Shown: positions 1-11,217, numbered from the stretch's first letter. The stretch is 64,000 nt of DNA from Candidatus Latescibacterota bacterium (GCA_965237675.1 OZ250150.1:576001-640000), one strand, 5' to 3'. Numbers and translations: made by a program. Notes: a model not told the origin generated them from the sequence alone.

Positions 1-288
1 ATTCGTTTTGTCTTTCCGCATCGCCCGCCGCAGCCAGGTAGAGGCCTGTCTGCGTGTACCCGGCGTCCTTTCGTCGCTGTAGAGCCGGGCGAGTTCGTAC
101 ATTGCCCATCCTGTATTGTCGGAGCGAATCGCCTCCCTGATAAGCTGTACACGTTTATTGTATTCAAACGTGGTGTCCAATGCCGCCGCAAGGAGCGAAT
201 CCACCCGCATCGAAACCGCTCTCGAGGCTTCGACGGGCGCCGCGCAGACCAGAATGGCCCCCACAATCACATAAGCCAATGGCCGCAT
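1..288 (-). CDS. Secreted protein, possibly TPR-like (5' part; runs off the window)
   Basis: Not in the ORF track. ATG at 288 follows RBS AGGAGG; open to position 1: MRPLAYVIVGAILVCAAPVEAS (signal peptide)...AMYELARLYS...ASTWLRRAMRKD. Confidence 0.65.
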   Translation of the reverse strand, partial: MRPLAYVIVGAILVCAAPVEASRAVSMRVDSLLAAALDTTFEYNKRVQLIREAIRSDNTGWAMYELARLYSDERTPGTRRQASTWLRRAMRKDKTN

Positions 289-560
289 ACTGCCTCCTAT
301 TACAGGTGGCTCCCAACGTCGCGAAACATGTAACATCGCCATAAATGGCAGTTTGACAACGAAATAAATGACCGGTATCATGTATACGAACGATCCGTCG
401 AAAAGTTCTCCGCCATTTCCACACGGCTGGTATCTCAACTGGAAAAAACGCCGGAAATGAATTATGTTACGGTGTCCTGCTTTTGAGGACGTGTAATCCG
501 GGGCGGAGACGCACATCGGCAGCCACGTTCCAATATAAAACCCTATCCTCGGAGATTTCC

Positions 561-1631
561 ATGTCCAGCCCCTACAGCCAGCCGCCTGAGGCCACCAGCC
601 GCTGGATCAACGATCGCCAACGACTGCTTCGAAATGAATCCGAAGACTATCTTCGCAATGAAGTACTGAACTACGGCCCGCGGCAGGCCGCGCACTGGAA
701 TCGGGACTACAGTTCGGTTGAAGCCTTTGAAAATTCAGTCGAAGCCAACCGCTGCCGCTGGCAGGAGACGATCGGCATCTTTGATTGCGACGACACCCCA
801 CTCGAACCGGTACTGGATCCATGGTACGAAGACGACATGTTCACCGCGTGGTGGCTTACCATCGGATTATTGGGCAATTTGAAAGGCCGCGGAATACTCG
901 CCCTGCCCAAAGGCACGGACGATCCTGTCCCGCTTGTCATCGCCCAGCACGGTATCGGATCGTCGCCCGAAAAGGCATTTGGCCTGGACGACCCGGGCGA
1001 TCTGTACAAATCCTACGGTCGTCGCCTGGCGGAAGAGGGGTTTGCCGTCATCGCTCCGATGAATATCTCGGGCGCCTCTCCTCGAGCCCGGCAGGAACGC
1101 CTCTGCAAGCTCCTGGGCAAAACCCTTTGGGGCCTCGAAATCTTCCGTACCCGGCGCCTCCTGGACTACCTGGAAACCCGCCCTGAAATCGATACCAAAC
1201 GCACAGCCATGTATGGTATCAGCCTTGGCGGCGCCTACACCATGTTCGCAACTCCGGTCGAACCCCGCATCAAAGCCGCCGTTGTCTGCGCCTGGTTTAA
1301 CCACAGGCGCAATAAAATGGTCGTGGACGACCCCCGATACAGCTGCTTTCTTTCCGTAAACGAAGAACATGTATGGATTCCCGGTTGGCTGAGCGCATTC
1401 ACCGACAGCGACCTGGTTTCCCTCATTTGCCCCCGTCCCCTGCTGGTCGAACAGGGCAAAGCCGACGGCATCGCCTGGTGGCCGATGATGCTCGAGGAGT
1501 ATCACCTCGCCTGCGAACACTACGCCAAACTCGGTTTATCCGAAAGTATCGAAATTGACCTTCACGAAGGCGGCCACGAGATTCGGCTCGACAAGAGCCT
1601 TCGATTTCTCAAGAAATGGTTGGCGCTGTAG
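561..1631 (+). CDS. Alpha/beta-hydrolase (dienelactone hydrolase/acetylxylan esterase-like)
   Basis: GISLGG nucleophile elbow, HGIG oxyanion region and C-terminal GGH. ATG at 561 follows GGAG. Confidence 0.85.
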   Translation: MSSPYSQPPEATSRWINDRQRLLRNESEDYLRNEVLNYGPRQAAHWNRDYSSVEAFENSVEANRCRWQETIGIFDCDDTPLEPVLDPWYEDDMFTAWWLTIGLLGNLKGRGILALPKGTDDPVPLVIAQHGIGSSPEKAFGLDDPGDLYKSYGRRLAEEGFAVIAPMNISGASPRARQERLCKLLGKTLWGLEIFRTRRLLDYLETRPEIDTKRTAMYGISLGGAYTMFATPVEPRIKAAVVCAWFNHRRNKMVVDDPRYSCFLSVNEEHVWIPGWLSAFTDSDLVSLICPRPLLVEQGKADGIAWWPMMLEEYHLACEHYAKLGLSESIEIDLHEGGHEIRLDKSLRFLKKWLAL

Positions 1632-1744
1632 CCGGTCCCGTCTCACGACGCCGAAAGCCGGGACCCAGTGGTTAGCTGAATTTCGTTCTGAATCTTGACG
1701 GCTGAACCATACCGTCTATAAGACATAACGCAAAGGGAAAAAAC

Positions 1745-2743
1745 ATGGTTAAACTCGGTGTCTTCGGATGTGCAGGCATTGCGACCCATCAGCTGAGTTC
1801 CGTCTGGGACGACAATCGCTTCGAAGTGGTAGCCGGCGCGGATGTCCGGCCGGCACAACTCGACCTGTTCAGGGGAAAATTCGACATGCAGCACGGGTAC
1901 ACCGACTACCGTATCCTGCTTGCCGAAGCCGATATCGAAGCGGTTATGATCTGCACGCCCACCTTCCTCCATCCGGAAATGGTCATCGCCTCCGCCGAGG
2001 CCGGTAAACATATCTTCTGCCAGAAACCCATGGCAATGAGTTCGTACGATTGTTACCGCATGATCCAGACCTGCCGCAAATCCAACGTGGGACTCCAGAT
2101 CGGTTTCGTGCGGCGTTTTGACAGCGACTGGGGCACGGTCAAAAGGGTGGTCGAATCGGGCCGGCTGGGCAAACCTGTTCTCTGGCGCCAGATCGCCGGT
2201 GGCTCGCCCCCGGGCAGCCCGTTCTTTATGGACCGGTTTCAGGGCGGCGGACCGATGATTGACGGAATGGTCCACAACTACGACTTCGCGGTTCACTGTT
2301 TCGGTGAACCCGTGGAAGTCAAGTCCATGCCAATGAAAATTCACCACACATCCACGGCCTGGGATACGGGCACCGTCCTCGTCCGCTTCGAACGGGGCGA
2401 CGCCATTATGTGCTCCTGGACCTGGGGACTGCCGGCCGGCGTTCGCACCGGAGGCGGCACGGACATCATCGGTCCCAAGGGCGCACTCTTGTTTCCTGGA
2501 AACTACGATCCGAAAGTGGCCGAAGACAAATACGACTCCGACACCCAGGGCGCCTACCTCCTTACCATGGCCGACGGCGAAGAGGAAGTCATCCCCTTCG
2601 AAAAGAAGAACATGTTTCGGGATGAGATGCGGCATTTTGCCGATTGGGTTCAGCGCGGAGCCGATCCGCTCGTCACGGGTGAAGACGGTCTGTGCGCCAC
2701 CCGAATCGCCGAACTCGCGCTCAACGGCGGCGGTCTGTATTAG
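1745..2743 (+). CDS. Gfo/Idh/MocA family oxidoreductase
   Basis: GVFGCAGIA Rossmann motif, AGKHIFCQKPMA, GFVRRFD, GGGPMIDGMVHNYD. Confidence 0.92.
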   Translation: MVKLGVFGCAGIATHQLSSVWDDNRFEVVAGADVRPAQLDLFRGKFDMQHGYTDYRILLAEADIEAVMICTPTFLHPEMVIASAEAGKHIFCQKPMAMSSYDCYRMIQTCRKSNVGLQIGFVRRFDSDWGTVKRVVESGRLGKPVLWRQIAGGSPPGSPFFMDRFQGGGPMIDGMVHNYDFAVHCFGEPVEVKSMPMKIHHTSTAWDTGTVLVRFERGDAIMCSWTWGLPAGVRTGGGTDIIGPKGALLFPGNYDPKVAEDKYDSDTQGAYLLTMADGEEEVIPFEKKNMFRDEMRHFADWVQRGADPLVTGEDGLCATRIAELALNGGGLY

Positions 2744-2826
2744 CCCAAGGAGCGTACGCAGCAAGCAGGAACAGAAAAAAAGTCATCGAAACGCTTGAAC
2801 GGATCTCCTACCATTAAGAGATATAC

Positions 2827-3711
2827 ATGACCCTGGTGCGCATCGCCCTGGCGCAGACACGCCAAACTGCGGATCGAGAGGACAACCGCCGCGCCATTCT
2901 CGAAGCCATCGACCGCGCGGCCTCCCAGAGCGTGCAAATCCTGTGTTTTCCCGAGACACAGACGATTGGCTACCGTGTAGACATTGCTTCCGCCGACGCA
3001 TCCGTGCCCGTCGCCTGGCTCAATAAGGTCCACGGCGAGGTTGCAGCACGATGCGCGAAGCACGGCATAGCCTGCATCCTGGGTACCGAAATGGCCTCCG
3101 ATAGCGGAAAGCCGTACAACACCGCTCTCGTGATCGATAAGGATGGGAACGTCCTGGGTAAACACCATAAGACAATGCTGACGCCACTGGACGCAATGGC
3201 CTACGAACGGGGAAACGCGCAGCACACGTTCAATCTTTCTGGCGTGCGCATTGGCGTGGTCATCTGCTTCGAAGCACTGCGCTTTGCGGAGACGACAGCC
3301 GAATGCGTACGCCGCGGTGCCCAGGTCGTCTTCCATCCGCAGAACAACACGACCCGTCCCAACGACTGGAAAATCCCCATCCACCACGCCATGATCGTCA
3401 CTCGCGCAGCCGAGAACACCGTTTGGTTCGCTTCTTGCAACGCCTGCCTCCCACACCAGAACAGCCGCAGCCTGATTGTAGCCCCCGACGGCCGCATACA
3501 CGGGCAGACGGAGCTGAAACAGGAGGAATTGTTGGTACGTGACATCGACATCCGGAAGGCAACGCGTGCGATGTTCCGCCTGGGAGAAGTCGGCTCAGCC
3601 GCGGGGGCGCTGGAACACAGCGCAAGCCTGCTCTTCGCCGACACGGTGAAGCCGGAAGAGTATGCCGCCGCGCGCGAGGTGAACAATTCCCCAACCGGGG
3701 CATCGCAATGA
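2827..3711 (+). CDS. Carbon-nitrogen hydrolase (nitrilase family)
   Basis: Triad motifs FPE, HHK and ICFE. Confidence 0.9.
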   Translation: MTLVRIALAQTRQTADREDNRRAILEAIDRAASQSVQILCFPETQTIGYRVDIASADASVPVAWLNKVHGEVAARCAKHGIACILGTEMASDSGKPYNTALVIDKDGNVLGKHHKTMLTPLDAMAYERGNAQHTFNLSGVRIGVVICFEALRFAETTAECVRRGAQVVFHPQNNTTRPNDWKIPIHHAMIVTRAAENTVWFASCNACLPHQNSRSLIVAPDGRIHGQTELKQEELLVRDIDIRKATRAMFRLGEVGSAAGALEHSASLLFADTVKPEEYAAAREVNNSPTGASQ

Positions 3712-5753
3712 CCACTCGAACCCTCCTGATTCTGGCCGTTCTCATCTGTACGGCGCCAACCCTGTATGCACAGGGCGAAGAAAACCCTCCCGACGTCGAC
3801 TTCAACGACGACGGCGCCGTCGACTTCCAGGATTTCATCCAGTTTGCACAAGCCTTCGGCACCAGACAGACCCTATATGACCTGGATAGCGACGGCACTG
3901 TCGCTTTTGGAGACTTCCTGCTCTTCGTCCGGGCGTTCGGCCAGACCGGCACCCCCATTCCTCAGATCCGCAATATCGGCATCCCTGTACGTTCCGTAAA
4001 CTGGGTTCGTCTTCATCCGGGTCGAAACAGTGAGGACCGCCCACGTGTGTACGTCACTATGGGGCAACAGGCCGACAACCTGTTCGTCCTCCAGATCGAC
4101 CCCGAAACCGGCGCATTTCAACAATTCCTATCCCCGGTACCCGGTTCGAATTACCCCACCGCCACCCTGATGAGCCGGTCAGGACGCCTTTACATCGGTT
4201 CCGCGTATGCTGGCCATCTCCTCTGTTTCGATCCCCGCCAGAACGCCCTTCTGGATCTGGGCGCCATCAACCCGGGAGCCGCCACCTTCCCATGCCAAAT
4301 CGACGAAGATCAGAACGGTCGCATCTGGATCGGTAGTTATCCAGGAGCCGACCTTACGGTTTACGATCCGAAAACAGGCGAGTTCACACGCTACGGTCGC
4401 ATGTCCAGCCTCGACAAGTACAACTATCCCCTGGTCGCCCCTGATGGAAAAATCGCCTGCCGCATCTGGCCGACACGGCCGCACGTCGTCGTCTTCGATC
4501 CCACCACGAAGGAAAGTTTCCTGGTCGGGCCGATAATATACAAGGGCCAGGGTACGCTCACTTTGGAAAGAAAAAGGGATGGCAACCTCTACGTCATCAC
4601 GTCGAACTACGGCAATTTCCAGATTTCCGGCAACGTAGGGATTCCCGTCACGAGTCTGCCGGGGCGCATACCCCGGCCCACGCTGCCCGACGGCAGCACG
4701 TTCTTTTTTGCGGACGCCACCGAACAGATCAATCGCACCCTCAGTATCCGCAGCCCCTTCGGCCGCGTCCGCTCTTTCGAGCTTGACTACAGGGCCAATG
4801 GCAGCGACATTTTCTATGTACACACCGGGCCGGACGGCCTTATCTACGGTTCCAGCATCCTGCCACTGCACCTCTTCCGCAACGATCCCGCCTCCGGTGA
4901 TCTCGTCGACCTGGGCAAATGTTCCAGTTCCGGCGGCGAAGCCTATTCCATGGCAAACCTGGAAGGTAAACTTTATATCTCTTCCTATCCGGCCGCTCGC
5001 ATTTCAGTCTATGACCCTTCACTCCCGTATCACTTTGGTTCAGGCCCGGATGACAATCCCCGCGACCTGGGCCGGCTGGACGACATCTCCTATCGGCCCC
5101 GTTCCACCCTCGCCGGTCCAATGGGCCGGGTCTGGATTGCGTCCGTACCGGACTACGGCCGGTGGGGCGGCCCCCTCGCCTATTACGATCCCGAGACCGA
5201 TGTCAGAAAATCCTACAAGCGCATCGCGGGGGACGCGAGTTGTTACACCCTCGCTCATCTGGAGCGCCAGAATCTTATCGCCGTGGGCACCAATATCCGC
5301 GGCGGCAGCGGGACGGATCCCAGAGTCAGCGAAGCCACGCTCTTTCTGTGGGATTACCACGCCGAAGAAAAGGCCTGGGAGGGCACGATTGAAGGTCGAA
5401 GCGCCCCCGTTTCGGTCTTCAATGCGTTAATCGTCGGCCCCGACGGACTGCTTTATGGCACGGTTCGAGGGGGTGGAGTCGATGAACTCTTCGTGTTCGA
5501 TCCCAACGCCCGCACCTTCACACACCGCATTTCCCTGCCCGGCGGAAGGCCGCTGGATCTGGGCCTTCTGAACGGACCGGACGGCAAAATCTACGGCTTC
5601 ACCAATACTCTCATCTATACTCTCGACCCGTCCACCCGTCACGTTGAGGAGGTACTCAACGTCATTGACGGTATCAGCATCGCAGGGCCTATTCTGGGCC
5701 AGGAGATTTTCTTCGCGACCGGAGCGGTGCTTCGGTCGGCCAACATATTCTAA
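3708..5753 (+). CDS. Secreted beta-propeller protein with N-terminal dockerin-like paired EF-hand domain
   Basis: Signal peptide; DFNDDGAVDFQDF...YDLDSDGTVAFGDF; repeated GPDGxxYG / xDPxTG blades. ATGA overlap with the upstream gene. Confidence 0.75.
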   Translation: MTTRTLLILAVLICTAPTLYAQGEENPPDVDFNDDGAVDFQDFIQFAQAFGTRQTLYDLDSDGTVAFGDFLLFVRAFGQTGTPIPQIRNIGIPVRSVNWVRLHPGRNSEDRPRVYVTMGQQADNLFVLQIDPETGAFQQFLSPVPGSNYPTATLMSRSGRLYIGSAYAGHLLCFDPRQNALLDLGAINPGAATFPCQIDEDQNGRIWIGSYPGADLTVYDPKTGEFTRYGRMSSLDKYNYPLVAPDGKIACRIWPTRPHVVVFDPTTKESFLVGPIIYKGQGTLTLERKRDGNLYVITSNYGNFQISGNVGIPVTSLPGRIPRPTLPDGSTFFFADATEQINRTLSIRSPFGRVRSFELDYRANGSDIFYVHTGPDGLIYGSSILPLHLFRNDPASGDLVDLGKCSSSGGEAYSMANLEGKLYISSYPAARISVYDPSLPYHFGSGPDDNPRDLGRLDDISYRPRSTLAGPMGRVWIASVPDYGRWGGPLAYYDPETDVRKSYKRIAGDASCYTLAHLERQNLIAVGTNIRGGSGTDPRVSEATLFLWDYHAEEKAWEGTIEGRSAPVSVFNALIVGPDGLLYGTVRGGGVDELFVFDPNARTFTHRISLPGGRPLDLGLLNGPDGKIYGFTNTLIYTLDPSTRHVEEVLNVIDGISIAGPILGQEIFFATGAVLRSANIF

Positions 5754-6020
5754 CCCGTTTCAGGTGTGAACAATACCGGCACTCCCCGGTCAATCCTCCC
5801 GCGTGGTTTTTTTGAGTTGCATTTACGCCGTTCAGGAGATATCCTTGGACCACGAATTATCGTTTGTAAGCCTTCCGCCGGACGGAAAGCGGGTGGCTAT
5901 ATAAGGAGCGACGCTTTGCTCAGACTCGCCACAGGCGTCCTTCCTGCCGAACCTGAATATCAATCCCGACATCCGTTCGTAACTCTCTGACCGTGTGTAC
6001 TACCGCGTTAGGTATCCCCA

Positions 6021-7090
6021 TTGGCCGCTAAATCCACCGACAGAAAGCTCCGTATCGCCTTCATCGGCGCGGGCGGCATCGCCGGAACCCACATGCGCTG
6101 TTTCGCGGAGATGGACGACGTTGAAATGATCGCCATGGCCGACATCTCGGAGACGGCCCTTGAACAGCGTTCGAAGGAATACGACATCGCCAATTGCTTT
6201 ACGGACTACACAACCATGCTACGCGAGGTCAAGCCTGATGCCGTAAGCATCTGCACGCCGAACGGCCTCCACGCCCCGACCACCATAGCCGCGCTTTCAG
6301 CGGGCGCTCACGTCATTGTCGAAAAACCCATGGCCATGAATGCCCGTGAAGGGATGGCTATGCTCGACACTGCAAGGAACCATCGTCGAAAACTCGTTGT
6401 CGGCTTCCAGCAACGCTTCGACCCCAAGAGCCAATTCATCAAGAAAGCCGTGGACAGCGGCCGGCTGGGCAGGGTCCTCTTCGGCCGCGTGCAGGCCCTG
6501 CGCAGGCGCGGCATTCCCAACTGGGGTGTTTTCGGCCGGAAAGAACTCCAGGGCGGCGGTCCACTCGTCGACATTGGCGTACATGTACTGGAGGCCGCAC
6601 ACTATGTCATGGGCTCGCCCAGACCCGTCGCAGCCAGCGGAAACGCCTTCACATACCCCTCGGCAACAGGAAATCAGAAACGGCCTGCAGGTGGCCCGAC
6701 TGGGATCACGAGACCTACACTGTCGAAGACCTGGCCATCGGCCAGATCCGTTTTGAAGACGGCGCCGTGATTCACATTGAATCCAGCTTCGCCGCACACA
6801 TCCAGTCCGACGTCTGGAACTTCCAGCTTATGGGCGAAAAAGGTGGCGCCACCTGGAATCCTCCGTCCATCGCCAGGGACGACAACGGATACATGGTCAA
6901 CACTGAACCAGGCTGGCTGCCAAAATCTGATTTCGGTTCGGTTTTTGGCGCCAAACTTCGCAACTTTGTAGACCATATCCTTTACGACAAACCCACTCTT
7001 GCACCCGCCGAACATGGCCTGATGGTACAACAGATGATGGACGCCATTTACGAATCCGCCTATAAGGGACGCGAAGTTGGCATCGATTGA
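6021..7090 (+). pseudogene. Gfo/Idh/MocA oxidoreductase, frameshifted (possibly a sequencing error)
   Basis: ORFs 6021-6770 and 6767-7090 are two halves of one gene. The frame changes at a C-run near 6656-6659; the corrected read is ...TYLGNRKSETACRWPDWDHETYTVEDLAIGQIRFEDGAVIHIESSFA. Confidence 0.85.
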
Positions 7091-7279
7091 CATGGTGCGT
7101 GGATCAGCGTTTCGCGTGCCTGGTCCAGGGGCTGAACGAAAGACGACGGATCGACGCTTTTCTTGAACCATCTATTACAACGGATTCAACAAGGACGACG
7201 CCTCTTACGGAGAGGCAGAATCCGATCCGTACGGTCATCAAAATACCTTTTTCCCTTCCCATACGGCATGGAAATACCG

Positions 7280-8671
7280 ATGAATACCGAAGACCTCGTG
7301 GCCGCATCGCGCCACCTGTGGCAGAGCTACTTCCACGGTGCGGAGCCGGAAAAACGCCCAATGACGATTACCCATGGCAAAGGCCTCTACATTTACGACG
7401 CCGAGGGAAACGAATATCTGGATACCTTTGCCTCCTTGCTCACGACCCTGTGCGGCCACGGTCGATCGGAGGTCATCGACGCGGTCAATAAACAGATGGA
7501 AAAATTGGCCTACTTTCCCGGCGGCCAGGACTACCTGATCGAACCAGCCGTCCGGCTCGCCGAAAAATTGGCCGAAATCGCCCCGGGAAGCCTCTCGGTC
7601 TCTTTCCTTGTCAACGATGGCTCGGAAGCCAATGAGGCGGCCATTAAACTGGCGCGCAGCTATTACTGGGCCAAAGGCGAAAAAAACCGCTTTAAGGTCA
7701 TATTCCGCCGAGGCTCATATCACGGCGCCACCCTCGGCGCGCTCTCCGCCACCGGCCTTGCCGGCGCTCGCGAGCCCTATGAACCTCTGCTCCCGGGATT
7801 CACCCACGCCATGCCGGCGAATTGTTATCGCTGCGAACTCGGCCTGGATCCCGAAACCTGTGCGCTGGCCTGCCTAAAGAATCTGGCATCCATTCTGGAA
7901 TGGGAGGGGCCCCAATCCGTCGCCGCCGTCATTATGGACCCCATCCCCGGCTCCAACACGGGCTTTCCCCTTCCCCCCGATGGATATTTGCAGGGCGTGC
8001 GTGATCTCTGCGACAGGCACGGTATCCTGCTTATCTTCGATGAAATTCAGACCGGTTTCGGCCGCACCGGAAGGATGTTCGCCTGTGAAAACTGGAACGT
8101 CACCCCGGACATTATGACCGTGGCCAAAGGCTTTTCCGGCGGTTATTTCCCCATCGGCGCCGCGATTGCAACCGAGGAGATTGCCGAAGCCTTTCGAAGG
8201 GCCGGCACCGGTTTTCGACACATCCGCACCTTCTCCGGCCATGCGGCCGCCTGCGCCGCCGCCCTCGCCCATATCGAAATCATACAGAACGAGAACCTCG
8301 TGCAACGCGCCGCCGAACTGGGTGTCTATTTCCAGAGAAAACTGAACGAACTCTACCGATATCCCCTGGTGGGAAGTATCCGCGGTCTCGGTACCCTCTG
8401 GGCCGTCGAACTCGTGGCGAACCGGGAAACAAGGGAGCCCCTGGATCCTTCCGGCAACGCAGGCAGCTTCGTCGCCGATTACTGCCGGAAGGACGGCATG
8501 ATTCTGCGCAATAACGGCGACGTTCTCGTCCTGGCTCCCGCCCTCGTGATAACCTGCGAACAGGCAGACCGGATTCTCGATCTTCTCCACGAAGCAATTG
8601 GCGAGGCGATGAATCATTGCAATAAAAACGGGGGTCGCCTGCGATGGCTGAAACCAGGGGTTGGCAGTTGA
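7280..8671 (+). CDS. Class III PLP aminotransferase
   Basis: GKGLYIYDAEGNEYLD, YHGAT, FDEIQTGFGRTG, PDIMTVAKG (PLP lysine). Confidence 0.93.
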   Translation: MNTEDLVAASRHLWQSYFHGAEPEKRPMTITHGKGLYIYDAEGNEYLDTFASLLTTLCGHGRSEVIDAVNKQMEKLAYFPGGQDYLIEPAVRLAEKLAEIAPGSLSVSFLVNDGSEANEAAIKLARSYYWAKGEKNRFKVIFRRGSYHGATLGALSATGLAGAREPYEPLLPGFTHAMPANCYRCELGLDPETCALACLKNLASILEWEGPQSVAAVIMDPIPGSNTGFPLPPDGYLQGVRDLCDRHGILLIFDEIQTGFGRTGRMFACENWNVTPDIMTVAKGFSGGYFPIGAAIATEEIAEAFRRAGTGFRHIRTFSGHAAACAAALAHIEIIQNENLVQRAAELGVYFQRKLNELYRYPLVGSIRGLGTLWAVELVANRETREPLDPSGNAGSFVADYCRKDGMILRNNGDVLVLAPALVITCEQADRILDLLHEAIGEAMNHCNKNGGRLRWLKPGVGS

Positions 8672-8732
8672 AATCCAGATCTCACACGGGTTACCTGGCA
8701 GCGTGCTTCGTTTCACAGGGACACAATACCTG

Positions 8733-9731
8733 ATGATACCCCCCAGAGAAAAATGCCTCGACATGCTCCGCCTGATGTACCGCATCCGCCTGTTCGAAGA
8801 GCAGGTGAGAAATCACTACGACTACGCCAGCTATCTGCACGACAATCCCGAGAGCGAAGGGGTCATTTCGGGCGCCGCCCACCTGGCCATCGGCCAGGAA
8901 GCCGCCGAAGTCGGTATCTGCGCCGCCCTTGAACCCCATGACTTCGTGGCCAGCACACACAGGGGTCATGGCCATGCCATTGCCAAAGGCGCAGATCTCA
9001 AGCCGATGATGGCCGAGTTAATGGGGCGGAAACACGGGTACAGCGGCGGATGCGGAGGCTCCATGCACATCTTCAGTTCCGAACTCGGACTGATTGGAGG
9101 AAACGGAATCGTGGGCGCTCAGATCCCCATCGCCACCGGCGCGGCTTTCTCCGCCAAATACCGTGGAACACGCCAGGTAGCCGTCGCTTTTTTCAGTGAG
9201 GGGGCCGCCAATCAGGGCGCGTTTCACGAAGCCCTGAACATGGCCGCTCTCTGGAACCTCCCCGCGGTCTACGTCTGCGAGAACAACCTCTACGCCGCCA
9301 CGACGCCGGCTGCCATCACGCTCTCGCCTCCCGATGTTTCCGCCAAGGCGGCCGCCTACGATATGCCCGGATTCATCGTCGATGGCCAGGATATCCTCGA
9401 CGTATACCAGATCGCCTCGGATGCAGTCGCCAATGCTCGCGCCGGAAACGGACCCACCCTCATCGAATGCAAGACCTACCGCTTTGTCAGTCACGCAGGC
9501 GGCGGCCAATCCGCCCACAACAACCCGGATGAGTTGGAAGCCTGGAAACACAAAGACCCGATCGCGCTCTTCGAGCGTAAACTCTCCGGAACCGGGTACC
9601 TCACTGCCGAAGAGAGGCAAACCATCATTTCTGAAACCAGCGCCGCGGCCCGCGAGGCCGTCGCATACGGCAAACAATCTCCATACCCTGACTTCAAAGA
9701 CATCCCCGTTACTTCCGGGGTCCCCCTGTAA
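8733..9731 (+). CDS. TPP-dependent 2-oxoacid/acetoin dehydrogenase E1 alpha
   Basis: HLAIGQEA, STHRGHGH, GGSMH, SEGAANQG...ENN TPP motif. Confidence 0.92.
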   Translation: MIPPREKCLDMLRLMYRIRLFEEQVRNHYDYASYLHDNPESEGVISGAAHLAIGQEAAEVGICAALEPHDFVASTHRGHGHAIAKGADLKPMMAELMGRKHGYSGGCGGSMHIFSSELGLIGGNGIVGAQIPIATGAAFSAKYRGTRQVAVAFFSEGAANQGAFHEALNMAALWNLPAVYVCENNLYAATTPAAITLSPPDVSAKAAAYDMPGFIVDGQDILDVYQIASDAVANARAGNGPTLIECKTYRFVSHAGGGQSAHNNPDELEAWKHKDPIALFERKLSGTGYLTAEERQTIISETSAAAREAVAYGKQSPYPDFKDIPVTSGVPL

Positions 9732-9795
9732 AATACGCGTCTATCCCGTGGCCCCGGCTGAACAGCGCCTGCTCTTGAGAATCGGAGGCCGTTCT

Positions 9796-10758
9796 TTGCC
9801 TCACATTACGTACGCCCAGGCCGTCAACGACGCCGTCCGGGAAGAAATCAACCGCGACGAGCGTGTGTTCACAATCGGCGAGGATATCGGCCCGGTCCAC
9901 GATCCCGAAAAACTCTGGGACCAGTTCCGCGAACGCCGCACGTGGCAGACTCCCATCTCCGAATCGGGTTTTGTCGGATTGGCGGTCGGGGCCGCCATGA
10001 CCGGCCTGCGCCCGGTTGCCGTTATTATGTACTGCGACTTCGTCACCGTCTGCATGGATCCCATCGTCAACCAGGCCGCCAAGATCCACCTGATGTCCGG
10101 AGGCAATATGAACGTCCCGCTGGTGATCCGAACTCCCGGCGGTGCCGGCACCCGGGAAGCCGGACACCACAGCCAGAGCCTCGAAAGCTGGTTCGTCCAT
10201 ACTCCGGGCCTCAAGGTGGTGATGCCGGCCACACCCGCAGACGCCAAGGGTCTGATGAAATCCAGCATCCGCGACGACGGCCCGGTAGTTTTCATCCAGC
10301 ACCGACTGCTGGGCGAAATCGCGGAGGCCGTGCCGGAAGGCGATCACGTCGTTCCCCTGGGCGTTGCCGACGTCAAACGCGAGGGCGCCGATGTCACTGT
10401 TGTCGCCGTCTCCTACGCCCTGCGGAAAACACTTCAAGCCGCCGAATTCCTGGATCCGGAGATCAGCGTTGAGGTGGTAGACCCCCGTACACTGGTCCCT
10501 CTGGATGTGGACTCGATCCTGCGTTCAGTAAAAAAGACCGGCCGCCTCCTGGTTGTACATGAAGCGCCGACCCGCGGGGGCATCGGCGCGGAAATCGTGC
10601 GTCAGATCGCCGAACAGGGGTTTGAACATCTGCGCGAATCCCCAAGGGTTCTGGGCGGCCTGAATACCCCGATGCCGTACAGCGCCTCACTCGAAGATGC
10701 CTGTTTGCCTCAGCCCGAGGACATCGCCAACACCATCAGAAATTGCGTCCGCGGCTAG
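9796..10758 (+). CDS. 2-oxoacid/acetoin dehydrogenase E1 beta
   Basis: GEDIG, TPISESGFVG, HHSQSLE, EVVDPRTLVPLD. TTG start follows GGAGG. Confidence 0.92.
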   Translation: MPHITYAQAVNDAVREEINRDERVFTIGEDIGPVHDPEKLWDQFRERRTWQTPISESGFVGLAVGAAMTGLRPVAVIMYCDFVTVCMDPIVNQAAKIHLMSGGNMNVPLVIRTPGGAGTREAGHHSQSLESWFVHTPGLKVVMPATPADAKGLMKSSIRDDGPVVFIQHRLLGEIAEAVPEGDHVVPLGVADVKREGADVTVVAVSYALRKTLQAAEFLDPEISVEVVDPRTLVPLDVDSILRSVKKTGRLLVVHEAPTRGGIGAEIVRQIAEQGFEHLRESPRVLGGLNTPMPYSASLEDACLPQPEDIANTIRNCVRG

Positions 10759-10789
10759 ACTGGCGCGGCTTCGAGATGCTCAACCCTTC

Positions 10790-11211
10790 CTGCGCCCACA
10801 CGCTGGCGAAGCGCCTGTGAAGGTGGGGCAGACATTCCTGTCTGCCGCCTGGTTGGTCCTCCTGTGGGATTGGTGATAGAAGGAAGTTCTGCGCCGCCGA
10901 ATCATCCGCGAAACGCGTCCGTCGCCTGTGCGCGTACACTCTGAGGAAGCGCTTGTGAAGGTGGGGCGGACATTCCTGTCTGCCCGCCTGGTTGGTCCTT
11001 CTGTGGGATTGGTGACAGAAGAAAGGTTTACACCGCCGAATCATTCGCGAAACGCATCGGTCACACGTGCGCGTACACTCTGAGGAAGCGGGTGTGAAGG
11101 TGGGGCAGACATTCCTGTCTGCCCGCCTCGTTGGTCCTTATGTCGGATCGGCCACAGAAGATAGGTTTACTCCGCCGGATCATTCGCGAATCGCGTCGGT
11201 CGCCCGTGCGC
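10790..11211. repeat. Three tandem ~138-139 bp units, each carrying a GTGG-type REP-like palindrome
   Basis: GAAGCG..TGTGAAGGTGGGGCAGACATTCCTGTCTGCC recurs at 10808, 10946 and 11085; the rest of each unit is also similar. Confidence 0.9.
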
Positions 11212-11217
11212 CTGGAC

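Noticed and set aside
1643-2764. Long antisense ORFs (also 7874-8785, 39046-40131, 52363-53316, 60863-61747)
   Set aside because: Shadow frames of well-supported genes in GC-rich DNA, with no protein motifs.
9334-9795. Long N-terminal extension of E1 beta
   Set aside because: It overlaps E1 alpha in another frame; the real start is the TTG at 9796 with an RBS.
10790-11211. Possible CRISPR array
   Set aside because: The period is ~138 bp, the intervening sequences resemble each other rather than being unique spacers, and no cas genes are present.
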